DNA of 64,000 bases from an uncultured Armatimonadetes bacterium (GTDB taxonomy: Bacteria > Armatimonadota > UBA5829 > DTJY01). Of the stretch, positions 33,401 to 41,155 are shown piece by piece. The stretch spans positions 640,001 to 704,000 of the forward strand of contig OY970325.1 of NCBI GenBank assembly GCA_963717145.1, read 5' to 3'. The translations under genes were made by a program, and so were the position numbers. The notes beneath the pieces are model-generated. The model worked only from the letters and a program-made list of their open reading frames with translations. It did no database searches and had not been told where the DNA came from. How positions within the stretch are numbered: position 1 is the stretch's first letter; each line of letters starts with the position of its first letter.

Positions 33401-33845
33401 GCCGTTCAAGCGCAACCCGTGGAACGAGATCGAGTGCGGCGAGCACTATGCCCGCGCGATGAGCAGTTGGTCGATGTTGACCGGCGCACAGGGGTTCACC
33501 TATTGCGGCCCGGACGGCGCGATCGGCTTCGACCCTCGCATCAGCCCGGAGAACCACCGCTCGTTCTTCAGCGCGTCCGAGGGGTGGGGGACATTCGCAC
33601 AGAAGCGCACCGCCAGAGGCCAGACGGACACTCTCGAACTTGCTTACGGCAGGCTGACCCTGAACACTCTCGCATTCACCCTCAACCTGGCTGAGGCGCC
33701 CGCGAAGTGGCAGTACAGCGTGAAGATCGGCAGCCGGAGCGTCGGCAGCACCTGCAGACTGATCGACGGCAGGATGACGATCACCCTGAAGCAGCCCGTC
33801 TACCTCGGCGCCGGGCAGAAGCTCACGGTCGAGACGAAGTGGTAG
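30492..33845 (+). CDS. GH116 family glycoside hydrolase with N-terminal accessory domain and internal palindrome-derived insertion
   Basis: MPLGGIGAG, NCTHV, WNTYD, LWNGEYY, SDQLLGQW and NEIECGEHYARAM motifs. Confidence 0.88.
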   Translation: MLRFASILSLILCALCVLPAHAGVKWDFEDGTLQGWTVVSGDVGPQPVDKNDDRFGGNFNKEGKYFIGTYENTQDDAEVEYRSPDFTISADTMTLLVGGGAHVDRTFVALYSASDNTELFHETGTSSESMQRKYWDVSKYKGRTVYMRIVDRERGGWGHINVDDIRELTPQEEARIEAQKKQQEIDNQRWMDDLMKPDKRKVYTGRELTDLAMPLGGIGAGNIAVCGDGALREWQIFNKVNSSCVLPCSFFAVWAKQGNKPPVARILQTAPVEDLPCVESTEFIGEFPIAEVIYKDDKLPVDIRMEAFSPFIPLNSKDSGIPGIVFSFKVRNPGALPVSVSLAASLQNAVNYDGGSPISGVRFRGYGGNLNQPVSGKGYTAVSMSNPSLSPEEHQLGAMTLAALTSGASTMPQWDVAGIFWNDFSRDGRLSASVAAGPSMKGRTWNGALAVPIELKPGETNTVTFLITWHFPNLYADYDANLAKYRIGRNYTNWFKDSDAAAKYLAANIGRLSKETRLFRDTFFDSTLPYWFTQRIGAPASTLTSQTMLWIEDGTFHGFEGSGHGGCCPMNCTHVYDYEMALAYLFPDLERSMRHTDLKVQQMGTGAVHHRTVLPLNLPRGSGPFVDGQLGTILKSYREYRMSADRKWFDEFWPNIKLGMDFVIRDWDPNADGVLVNEQWNTYDAAMYGPNTFIGTMYLGALRASEEMARVAGDASSATRYRSIFETGSKRLDSVLWNGEYYIHIDTKPTVKGLESNSSPNSKIALGSELDSDPLTMCAAAPELVSCANSQSAAGLGACCSAPTASAVQLIANAASKAASGSELHSDPATEAWIAEDWPKENPGANRPYGIGCHSDQLLGQWWASILDLGYLLPQDRVRTTLDSIMKYNWRWDFADVPQQRIFALKNDKGLLNCTWPRGGRPAQMTLYSDEAWTGIEYEVAGLLLYEGKVTDAYMVARAITDRYNGVPNPPFKRNPWNEIECGEHYARAMSSWSMLTGAQGFTYCGPDGAIGFDPRISPENHRSFFSASEGWGTFAQKRTARGQTDTLELAYGRLTLNTLAFTLNLAEAPAKWQYSVKIGSRSVGSTCRLIDGRMTITLKQPVYLGAGQKLTVETKW
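32741..32975. repeat. Cluster of GGGGTCGGAGTT.ACTCCGACCCC hairpins inside the GH116 CDS
   Basis: Compound inverted repeat 32741-32819, third unit 32951-32975, decayed hairpins between. Confidence 0.85.
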
Positions 33846-33914
33846 GGGATGGAGTGCGGCGGCTCGACCCGCTCTTCCCCCGGGCAGGCGTTTTGCACCA
33901 GAGGAGAAACACCA

Positions 33915-34361
33915 ATGGATCATCAGTCGACAGGACGCGTGTGGCCTGTCTCATTGCTCCGGATAGGGATCCTTGCGTCCGGTCTCTGGATACTGCTGCA
34001 TCCCGTACTCTCATTTGCGCTGCCGGAGAAGTACGGATGGTGGCCACTGATCGTGTCCACAGCAGCTGGAATAGAGGTGCTGGTGCTTATACTCATTGGG
34101 CGGCGAAGACTCTGGGCGCAGGGGATGCAGATTGCCATTCCGGAGAGGATTATCGCCGGAGTATTCTTCTGGCTCTGCGCGATTATGATAGTGACGGAAG
34201 CGTACGACGCTGTCATCGTCGGGCCGGAGGCTCGTCGGGTGCAAGACGCGATCTCAGCCATGCAGCACAAGGGGCCGGTCTTGGATCAGCAGCAGAAGCC
34301 GGCTGATTCGAAGGTGGATTGGAGGACAGTGCTTCGGGAGCATGAACCATCCAAGCCCTGA
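33915..34361 (+). CDS. Small orphan membrane protein (paralog of 38206-38571)
   Basis: GAGGAG RBS; about 3 hydrophobic segments; GWWPL motif. Confidence 0.65.
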   Translation: MDHQSTGRVWPVSLLRIGILASGLWILLHPVLSFALPEKYGWWPLIVSTAAGIEVLVLILIGRRRLWAQGMQIAIPERIIAGVFFWLCAIMIVTEAYDAVIVGPEARRVQDAISAMQHKGPVLDQQQKPADSKVDWRTVLREHEPSKP

Positions 34362-34384
34362 CCAGATCATATGAATAGGTATCT

Positions 34385-35683
34385 CTAGCGGAGAATCATC
34401 CCAGCTAACTCGAGGCGCTGCTGGAGTGTGGGGATGCTGATCGCGCGAGGGGCGACGGATGCCTCGATGCTGAGGGCGGCGGCCTCGCCTGCTGCTTGGC
34501 CCATCACCATGCACTGAGTCATCCAACGCGTCGAGCCCGCCGCCTCGTGGGTCGCGCTGTGACATCGGCCCGCGACGAGGAGGCCGTCCACCGTCTCCGG
34601 CACGAGCGTCCGGTAGGGGATCGAGTAGTGGCCGCCGGCCGGGAAATCGAAGCCCGAGCGCTTGTCCATCCCCGGTCCTTCGGTGTTGTGGATATCGACG
34701 AACGCGCCGCCGAGCCCGATGCTATCCTCGAAGATCGTCTGCGCCCTCAGGTCGTCCTCCGTGAGAACGTATTCGCCGAAGATGCGCCGCGTCTCGCGCA
34801 CGCCGATCTGTGCCGCGGTGTCGATCAGGTAGCTCTTCTCGAAGCCGGGAACGAGCGCCCGCATCGCCCGCACCGCTTCGTGGACCTGCTTGCGACCCTC
34901 GATCGCCGCCCTCGAGAGGTCGAACGCGCTGCTGCCGTCGAGGTGCATGTGCGTGAAGTTGATGCCGACCTGATCGGGGCGCGAGGGAATCCACCAGAAG
35001 CCCATCAGTTGAGACTGCCAGGGCCCCATCAGCCCCGCTTCGACCGCCCGCATGCAGAAATCCTCCAGCTTCGGGTCGTGGTCGTGCATGTATCTCTCGG
35101 TGTAGGGCCAGTATACCCCGCCCACGCGGTACATCAGCGTCACGGGCTGCATGCGGCCATCCCCCGGGCGGCCATGCATCATGCGGCATCCCGCGCGGAA
35201 TGCGACATCGGCGTCGCCGGTGCAGTCGATGACGCGCTTGGCAGTGACGGAGAACGTGCCCGACTTATTGGTGAGGATCAGGCTCGTGACCGCGCCGTCG
35301 GTGAGGGTCGCGTCGGTGACCAGCGTGTAGTAGAGCAGATGGAGCCTGGCCTCCTCAGCCATTCGATCGAGTTGGTATTTGAAGCCTTCGATGTCGACGA
35401 AGAGCCCGCCCGGCCGATAGTCGGCTTCGAAATCCTTGACGGATCGGTCGGCGATCTCCTTCGCGATGCCGCCGACGATTTGAGGCGAGCCGCCTGCGCC
35501 GTTGTAGACGGCGATCTTCTGGTGGAGGCCGATGGTCGACATCCCGCCGAGGCAGTTGAACTGCTCGACCAGAAGTGTCCTCATCCCGGCGCGCGCGGCG
35601 GCGAGCCCGGCGCACACGCCCGCGGGTCCGCCTCCCGCAACGAGGATGTCATATTCGGCGAGATGTTCGACTTGGATGGTCAT
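34385..35683 (-). CDS. FAD-dependent oxidoreductase
   Basis: GGGPAG, IDCTGDAD, GVRETRRI, IPYRTLVP and AGRC motifs. Confidence 0.88.
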   Translation of the reverse strand: MTIQVEHLAEYDILVAGGGPAGVCAGLAAARAGMRTLLVEQFNCLGGMSTIGLHQKIAVYNGAGGSPQIVGGIAKEIADRSVKDFEADYRPGGLFVDIEGFKYQLDRMAEEARLHLLYYTLVTDATLTDGAVTSLILTNKSGTFSVTAKRVIDCTGDADVAFRAGCRMMHGRPGDGRMQPVTLMYRVGGVYWPYTERYMHDHDPKLEDFCMRAVEAGLMGPWQSQLMGFWWIPSRPDQVGINFTHMHLDGSSAFDLSRAAIEGRKQVHEAVRAMRALVPGFEKSYLIDTAAQIGVRETRRIFGEYVLTEDDLRAQTIFEDSIGLGGAFVDIHNTEGPGMDKRSGFDFPAGGHYSIPYRTLVPETVDGLLVAGRCHSATHEAAGSTRWMTQCMVMGQAAGEAAALSIEASVAPRAISIPTLQQRLELAGMILR

Positions 35684-35782
35684 GCCTGCCATTTTAGGCC
35701 GATGCGCGCAGCCTGTCAACACTCGGTCCGATTGACCGAGTGGCGGACGGCTGGTATACTTCCGATAGGGGGGAATGGCACC

Positions 35783-38167
35783 ATGAAGGCACTCATGCTC
35801 GTACTGATCGCGCTCGCACTGTCACCACTCAGCGGCGCGGGGAATATCCTGGTCAACGCCGACTTCGCGAAGGGGATGGAGTCGTGGGAACCGTATGGGA
35901 ACGACAAGGCGATGATCCGCGTCGAGAAGGGCGCGGGACAGGAGGGCGGGACGTGCATCGCGGTGCCGGTCGCCCATGCCAGCATCGCCCAGAACATGGA
36001 CCTCAAGCCGCGCACGTCCTACGAGCTGTCCATCGTCTACCGGCGGTCCGCTCCTTCGACGGGATGCGGATTGGTCTTCTTCTTCAACAAGCCCGGCGGC
36101 ATCAACGCGAGTGCGGGTGTCATCAACATGGAGTATCCCGAGAAGGAAGGGACGCCCGGCAAGTGGGAGGAGTTCCGCGAGATCATCAGCACGCCGGGAG
36201 GAACGCGGCTCGGCAAGGTCGTCCTCAGTGCCCGAGGGACCGGAGAGGTGCTCTTCGCCCGAGTCACGTTGACCGAAGCGCCCGGGAAACTCGCCGATAA
36301 GATCAAGTCCTCCGATTGGAGCGTCCTGTCCCGCACTCGCACGAAGAACCCGATCTACAAGGAGCTTCTCACCGACGAGCCGGGCGGATACCGGATGGTC
36401 GCATGGGGGCACAACCTCAACCGCAAGAATCTCCCGCCGTCGCTCCTCGATAGATACCCGGAGGACAAGTGGCCCGAGGAAGTGGAGAGGATGTACAAGG
36501 AGTCGGGCGCGGTCGGCCTGGGGTACTACAACCTTCCCTGGCAGGGCGACAAGGCGGACGATCTGTATGAGCGTTTCGGGGTGACCTTCGATGTCATGTG
36601 CGAATCGAGCGGTGTCAATGCCGACGCCGTGAAGGCGGGGGGTGAACTGCTCAATCCAATTGCCAGCAGCAAGACTTCCGCCAAGCCGACGGTCTCGCTG
36701 ATCGATCCGATCTACGTCAACACGGCGGTCGATACGCTCAAGACCTTCGGAGAACGCTTCAAGGGGAAGCCGTACGTGTTCGTCTACATCGGCGACGACG
36801 AGCCGAGTATCCCGATGCCGGAGGGGCCGATCGCGACGTGGGGTCCTTTCTGGAAGAAGGCTGCGGATGAGGTCCTGAAGGACTACGGCTTCGGGAAGTA
36901 CGCGATGCCCGCGCGCGACGATCCCGGCTACCAGAATGACGAGAAGAACCGCCCGTTCCGGTGGATCGCCTACAACACCTGGATGGCGGACAAGTACGTG
37001 GCATCCAAGAAGGTCATGTACAACGCCCTGAAGTCCGTCGATCCGAGCGCGCGGTACAATCCCTGCGACTACTGGTTCATGACCGGCTTCACGCCATATG
37101 ATTTCGGCGGGATGGCGGAGTACAGCGACCTCGTGGAGTGCGACCCCTATGCCTCCTCGGCGGAGCGCATCCCCGGCAGAGGGCTCTACAACCACGGCTT
37201 CGGCCCGAAGCTGCTCAGCGATCTTACCGGGAAGCCGGTGCGCTCGATCGTTCAGGCGTTCGACTACGCGGGCTACGAGATGACGCCGGAGGACCTGCGC
37301 GAGTGGGTGAGCCAGAGCATGCGGGCGGGTGCTGATCACATCTCCTACTACCAGATGGACAACCCGCGCTTCAACGACCCCGAGCGCTGGGCCATGATGC
37401 TCCACCTCTCGAAGACGATCACGGCGATGAGCGCCATCAAACGGCCACACGATGCAGATGTGGCGATCTACTACTCCGCTGCGTCCCACCGCGCGGAGGG
37501 CGCCTCTACCAAGGCGAACGAGATCTACACGGCGTACTCCATCCTCGGCGAGCGCGTGGGCTCGTGGTTCGACTTCATCGCCGACGAGTCGCTCGTGATG
37601 GGCGAGAAGCACCTCGACAGGTACAAGGCCGTGTACATTCCGCTGGGAACATACCTGTGGACTGAAGAGGAAGCGGGCTATTTCGAAGCTCGGGTCAGAC
37701 GGGGCGGGACTCTCATCTGCGGCGACCCGACTGCTCTGTCATGGACGGCTGCGGGCAAGGACATCTCATCGTACCGCGAGAGGATCTTCGGCGTGAAGAC
37801 GATCAAGCCGGTGAACCGGACCTCGATGACGATCACCGATACGTGCGGCATCGCGGGGCTCAAGGTCGGGGAGACGCTCCCGATCTACCGCCCGGTCGGC
37901 CGAGAGGGTTGGACCGACGACAACGGCTGGCTGATCGAGACCACCGGCCCGACTGTGAAGGTGATTGCGAAGTTCGACGACGGCAGCCCGGCTATCACGA
38001 TGGCGAAGTACGGGGAGGGCAGGGCGATCTACTTCGCGGCGAACCCGTTCGTTCCCGAGTGCCTCCTCGGCGGCGACCGGTGGGACGGCTTCTTCCGCGC
38101 CCTCCAGCAGCACCTCGGCGCGAAGATCGACCGCCCGATCTGGCACTTCAAGTTCCCCGCACCGTGA
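35783..38167 (+). CDS. Secreted protein: CBM-like N-domain, GH-like core and GH42 trimerisation-like C-domain
   Basis: Signal peptide; NILVNADF..G...W motif; AKFDDGSPAIT..YGEGRAIY; TGGTATACT promoter at 35752. Confidence 0.6.
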   Translation: MKALMLVLIALALSPLSGAGNILVNADFAKGMESWEPYGNDKAMIRVEKGAGQEGGTCIAVPVAHASIAQNMDLKPRTSYELSIVYRRSAPSTGCGLVFFFNKPGGINASAGVINMEYPEKEGTPGKWEEFREIISTPGGTRLGKVVLSARGTGEVLFARVTLTEAPGKLADKIKSSDWSVLSRTRTKNPIYKELLTDEPGGYRMVAWGHNLNRKNLPPSLLDRYPEDKWPEEVERMYKESGAVGLGYYNLPWQGDKADDLYERFGVTFDVMCESSGVNADAVKAGGELLNPIASSKTSAKPTVSLIDPIYVNTAVDTLKTFGERFKGKPYVFVYIGDDEPSIPMPEGPIATWGPFWKKAADEVLKDYGFGKYAMPARDDPGYQNDEKNRPFRWIAYNTWMADKYVASKKVMYNALKSVDPSARYNPCDYWFMTGFTPYDFGGMAEYSDLVECDPYASSAERIPGRGLYNHGFGPKLLSDLTGKPVRSIVQAFDYAGYEMTPEDLREWVSQSMRAGADHISYYQMDNPRFNDPERWAMMLHLSKTITAMSAIKRPHDADVAIYYSAASHRAEGASTKANEIYTAYSILGERVGSWFDFIADESLVMGEKHLDRYKAVYIPLGTYLWTEEEAGYFEARVRRGGTLICGDPTALSWTAAGKDISSYRERIFGVKTIKPVNRTSMTITDTCGIAGLKVGETLPIYRPVGREGWTDDNGWLIETTGPTVKVIAKFDDGSPAITMAKYGEGRAIYFAANPFVPECLLGGDRWDGFFRALQQHLGAKIDRPIWHFKFPAP

Positions 38168-38205
38168 ACGGTCGTCCTGATGCGGGCGCGGCAAGGAGGT
38201 TCGCG

Positions 38206-38571
38206 ATGGATGGGCAGGAAACAGGCCGCAAACAACCTGGGTCATGGGTAAGCACAAACGTGACCCTGCTCAGGGTGGGCATCGTTCTCGCTCTGGCTCA
38301 TATTGGACTGCATGACCTCAAACGTCATTTGGGCCCGCTGCCGCGAGAGTTCGGGTGGTGGCCGCTGGTCTTGGTGACCGTGCTGGGTGTGGCGGCGGTT
38401 TCCCTCATTGTCGTCGGGTGGCGAAGACTGCGGGCACGGGATATCCAGATCAGCCGCATGGAGAAAGCACTTGTGGTGGTCGTGCTTGCGGTCAGCACGA
38501 TGATGGTTGTGGGAGACTTGGCAATGACATTCTGGTGCCGTCATATGCTCAACAAGATGGGACCGCCCTGA
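38206..38571 (+). CDS. Small orphan membrane protein (paralog of 33915-34361)
   Basis: AAGGAGG RBS; LLRVGI...GWWPL...GWRRL motif. Confidence 0.65.
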   Translation: MDGQETGRKQPGSWVSTNVTLLRVGIVLALAHIGLHDLKRHLGPLPREFGWWPLVLVTVLGVAAVSLIVVGWRRLRARDIQISRMEKALVVVVLAVSTMMVVGDLAMTFWCRHMLNKMGPP

Positions 38572-38578
38572 TTCCCGG

Positions 38579-38724
38579 CGACAACGGATGGCTGGTCGAG
38601 ACCGACCGGCCCAGAGTGCCTTCTCGGCGGCGACGAGTGGGACGGCTTCTTCCGCGCGCTCCAGCAGTACCTCGGGGCGAAGGTCGACCGCCCGATCTGG
38701 CACTTCAAGTTCCCCGCACCGTAA
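38579..38724 (+). repeat. Diverged duplicate of the 3' end of gene 35783-38167, with internal deletion
   Basis: Matches 37918-37950 joined to ~38057-38167. Confidence 0.9.
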
Positions 38725-39400
38725 GAACGCGCGCATCAGGAATGAAGTCGCAGAAGTAGAAGCGTTCGTCTCGCAGGACGACCTCGCCCTTAGTATGGAG
38801 GATCGGCCGGCGGAAGATCGGGCCGTCGTATACAAAGGAGTGGAACTCCCCATTCTCCCCGCACGGATCTGCGGTAGGCGGGAGGTCCCGCAGAAGCTCC
38901 TCGTCGAGCGTCCTGCCGGCGAATGACCCGTCGATCGCCTGGGAGTCCACGCACGAGATGGCGGCCTTGAATCCCAGGCGGATGAACTCCCTCGCGAGTT
39001 CGGTGGTGTCCTTCTTCCAGAGCGGGAAGATGCCCTGCATTCCGACCTTCGCCAGGTTTTCCTCCCGATACTTCCGCAGGTCCTCGAGGAAGATGTCGCC
39101 GAACACCACCGCAGAGACCCCCGACTCGGAGTAGCGGGTCAATACCTCGCGCATCCTGGCCTCATAGTCATCGTTCGAGCAGCCGGGGCTGATGGGTACC
39201 TGCTCCAGCGGGAGGCCGATGGACTCCGCCTGCTCCTCCAGGAGCGCCCGCCGGACGCCGTGCATGCTGATGCGGTCGTACTCCGTCGTCACTGTTGTGA
39301 GGAGGGCTGCTATCTCGATATCCGCGTTCTTCCGAATCTCGTGGAGGGCGAAGGCGCTGTCCTTGCCCCCGCTCCAGGCGAATAAGACCTTTTGGGGCAT
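38705..39400 (-). CDS. PP-loop ATP-binding protein (diphthine-ammonia ligase/Dph6-like)
   Basis: WSGGKDS, FGDIFL and DPCGENGEFH motifs. Confidence 0.88.
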   Translation of the reverse strand: MPQKVLFAWSGGKDSAFALHEIRKNADIEIAALLTTVTTEYDRISMHGVRRALLEEQAESIGLPLEQVPISPGCSNDDYEARMREVLTRYSESGVSAVVFGDIFLEDLRKYREENLAKVGMQGIFPLWKKDTTELAREFIRLGFKAAISCVDSQAIDGSFAGRTLDEELLRDLPPTADPCGENGEFHSFVYDGPIFRRPILHTKGEVVLRDERFYFCDFIPDARVLTVRGT

Positions 39401-39739
39401 GAGTGTTTCTCCCTGCGTTTTCACGTGGGTGCTTACTGCAATGTTACCGGTGCAAGCGCTCAGTGTCAAGTCCGATGTAGAGTCGTAAGAGTCCATGACA
39501 GCCGGTGGGTTGTTCTATCAACGACCGTGAACTCCTGCGTAGAGTCTGCTGGTTGATCAGCCTGGGTCTTGTCAGCGAATATGAAGGGTAACGAGTCAAT
39601 ACCGGCATCATTGCCGGGTGTGCCTCGCGAGAATGCACGGAACAATGCCTGTGGCAGAACCTGCCTGAAGCGACATCCATCTTGGGCACGTGTAATGCGA
39701 TGGGTGTCTGCCTCATCCAGGAGGGGGTTATCCAAGGTG

Positions 39740-41071
39740 ATGAGTTCTCGTACGGCATTCGTGTTCCTCATCGGCATCTGTGTGCTCGTCATATCCGCCC
39801 TGGTCAGTGGCTGTGGTGGCGGGGGGAGAATCTCCAGCCCGTTGGTGCGGCTTCCCTCCGGTGGTTCCCTTGGCGTGAGGTCCGTCAACCTCAATAACTA
39901 CAACAATTGGAGAGAGCCCAATCCGCGGAGCGCCGACTACGCCGAAAAGGTGCAGTGTCTGGCCAAGCGGGACCGCATCTGCATGACGGAAAGATACAGC
40001 TACGACTCCAAGCTGACTCCCGACAGACTGCGGCAGCTGAACCCTCGCGCCAGGATCTATAGAGTCTTCGACCTCATCTGTAAGAACAACTGGGATTCGG
40101 ATTGGAGAGGGGGCGCTCCGATCGGCGACCAGTTCCTCCAGACACCGATTCCGTACCAGGAGATAGTTGATAACGACTGGTGGCTACGCGACGGAAATGG
40201 CGAGATTGTCAAGGAGAACGAACGCACCTGGTTCCTGGACGTGGGCAAGCCCGGCCTCAAGGAGATGTTGCTGGAGAAGATGCTCTCGAGGCTCGAGGGA
40301 AAAGGCTTCGACGGCGTGGTCTTGGACTATCATGGGGCAGACAAACATCTGTACAACACGTATGCCACCCAGATGGGCCCAGCGCCCGAGGCCTATAGCA
40401 GCGAGGAAGAGTGGTTCGCCAAGGCGGTCAAGCCGATGCTCGAATACGTCATAAACGGCGTGCGCAGTCGAGGTTACGAATTGATAGTCAACTGCGCCGG
40501 CCAGCACTACAATCTGGACCCTCGGGTTCAGTGGTTGCGCGGCCGGATCGACGGGTCGATATATGAGGTGTGGGCGTTGCAAGACGATACCGACTGGATG
40601 GACCCGGACGGCGTCGAGTTGCGAATCAACAGCTTCCTGGACGATCCACTGGAGGCTTGGACGGCCGATTTCGGTTTGCGGGGTCCGGGATGCACCACCG
40701 AACCCGGACCGGATCCTGAGTATAACAGGAAGTTCACGGTTGCTCTGGCGATGTACTACATCTCACTTCCGCAGTCGCCCGCGCTCCGTGCAAAGCGATT
40801 CTATGGGCATTACAAGAACATGCAGGTGGAATGGGAGCCGCTGTGGGATTTCAGCATTGGTGATCCTGCGGAACTGCCCAAGAAGAAGTCGGACAGCTAT
40901 TTCTGGAGCAGGCGATACACTGCGGGACTTGTGCTCCTCAACTATGAAGCCGGTGAGTCCATCACGTTTGCACTCGACCGCAGCTATCGGACCCCGACAG
41001 GACAGGTCGTGTCCGGCAGCGTAACCATAGGCCCTCACTCCGCCATGATCCTGGCAGTGAATGGCGACTAG
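39740..41071 (+). CDS. Lipoprotein, putative glycoside hydrolase (GHL15/GH114-like)
   Basis: VSGC lipobox; GFDGVVLD motif; W.R.Y..GLVLLN C-terminal motif. Confidence 0.55.
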   Translation: MSSRTAFVFLIGICVLVISALVSGCGGGGRISSPLVRLPSGGSLGVRSVNLNNYNNWREPNPRSADYAEKVQCLAKRDRICMTERYSYDSKLTPDRLRQLNPRARIYRVFDLICKNNWDSDWRGGAPIGDQFLQTPIPYQEIVDNDWWLRDGNGEIVKENERTWFLDVGKPGLKEMLLEKMLSRLEGKGFDGVVLDYHGADKHLYNTYATQMGPAPEAYSSEEEWFAKAVKPMLEYVINGVRSRGYELIVNCAGQHYNLDPRVQWLRGRIDGSIYEVWALQDDTDWMDPDGVELRINSFLDDPLEAWTADFGLRGPGCTTEPGPDPEYNRKFTVALAMYYISLPQSPALRAKRFYGHYKNMQVEWEPLWDFSIGDPAELPKKKSDSYFWSRRYTAGLVLLNYEAGESITFALDRSYRTPTGQVVSGSVTIGPHSAMILAVNGD

Positions 41072-41084
41072 CCTGGATCATTCA

Positions 41085-41113
41085 TGTCATTCTTCACTTC
41101 TCTCAGAATGACA
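41085..41113. repeat. Short palindrome, TGTCATTC..GAATGACA family
   Basis: Near-identical copy at 52121-52149; related doublet at 54436-54513. Confidence 0.75.
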
Positions 41114-41155
41114 GAGTGCGTGCATCTTGAGCGCACCATGAATAATCCCGGCCAG

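Noticed and set aside
34496-35782. N-terminal 429 aa of the 1223-aa ORF
   Set aside because: Antisense shadow of the FAD oxidoreductase; the real start is at 35783 with a signal peptide.
37918-38724. Diversity-generating retroelement TR/VR pair
   Set aside because: Mismatches are not restricted to adenines of one copy (C/T, C/G and A changes in both directions), and there is no reverse transcriptase in the window.
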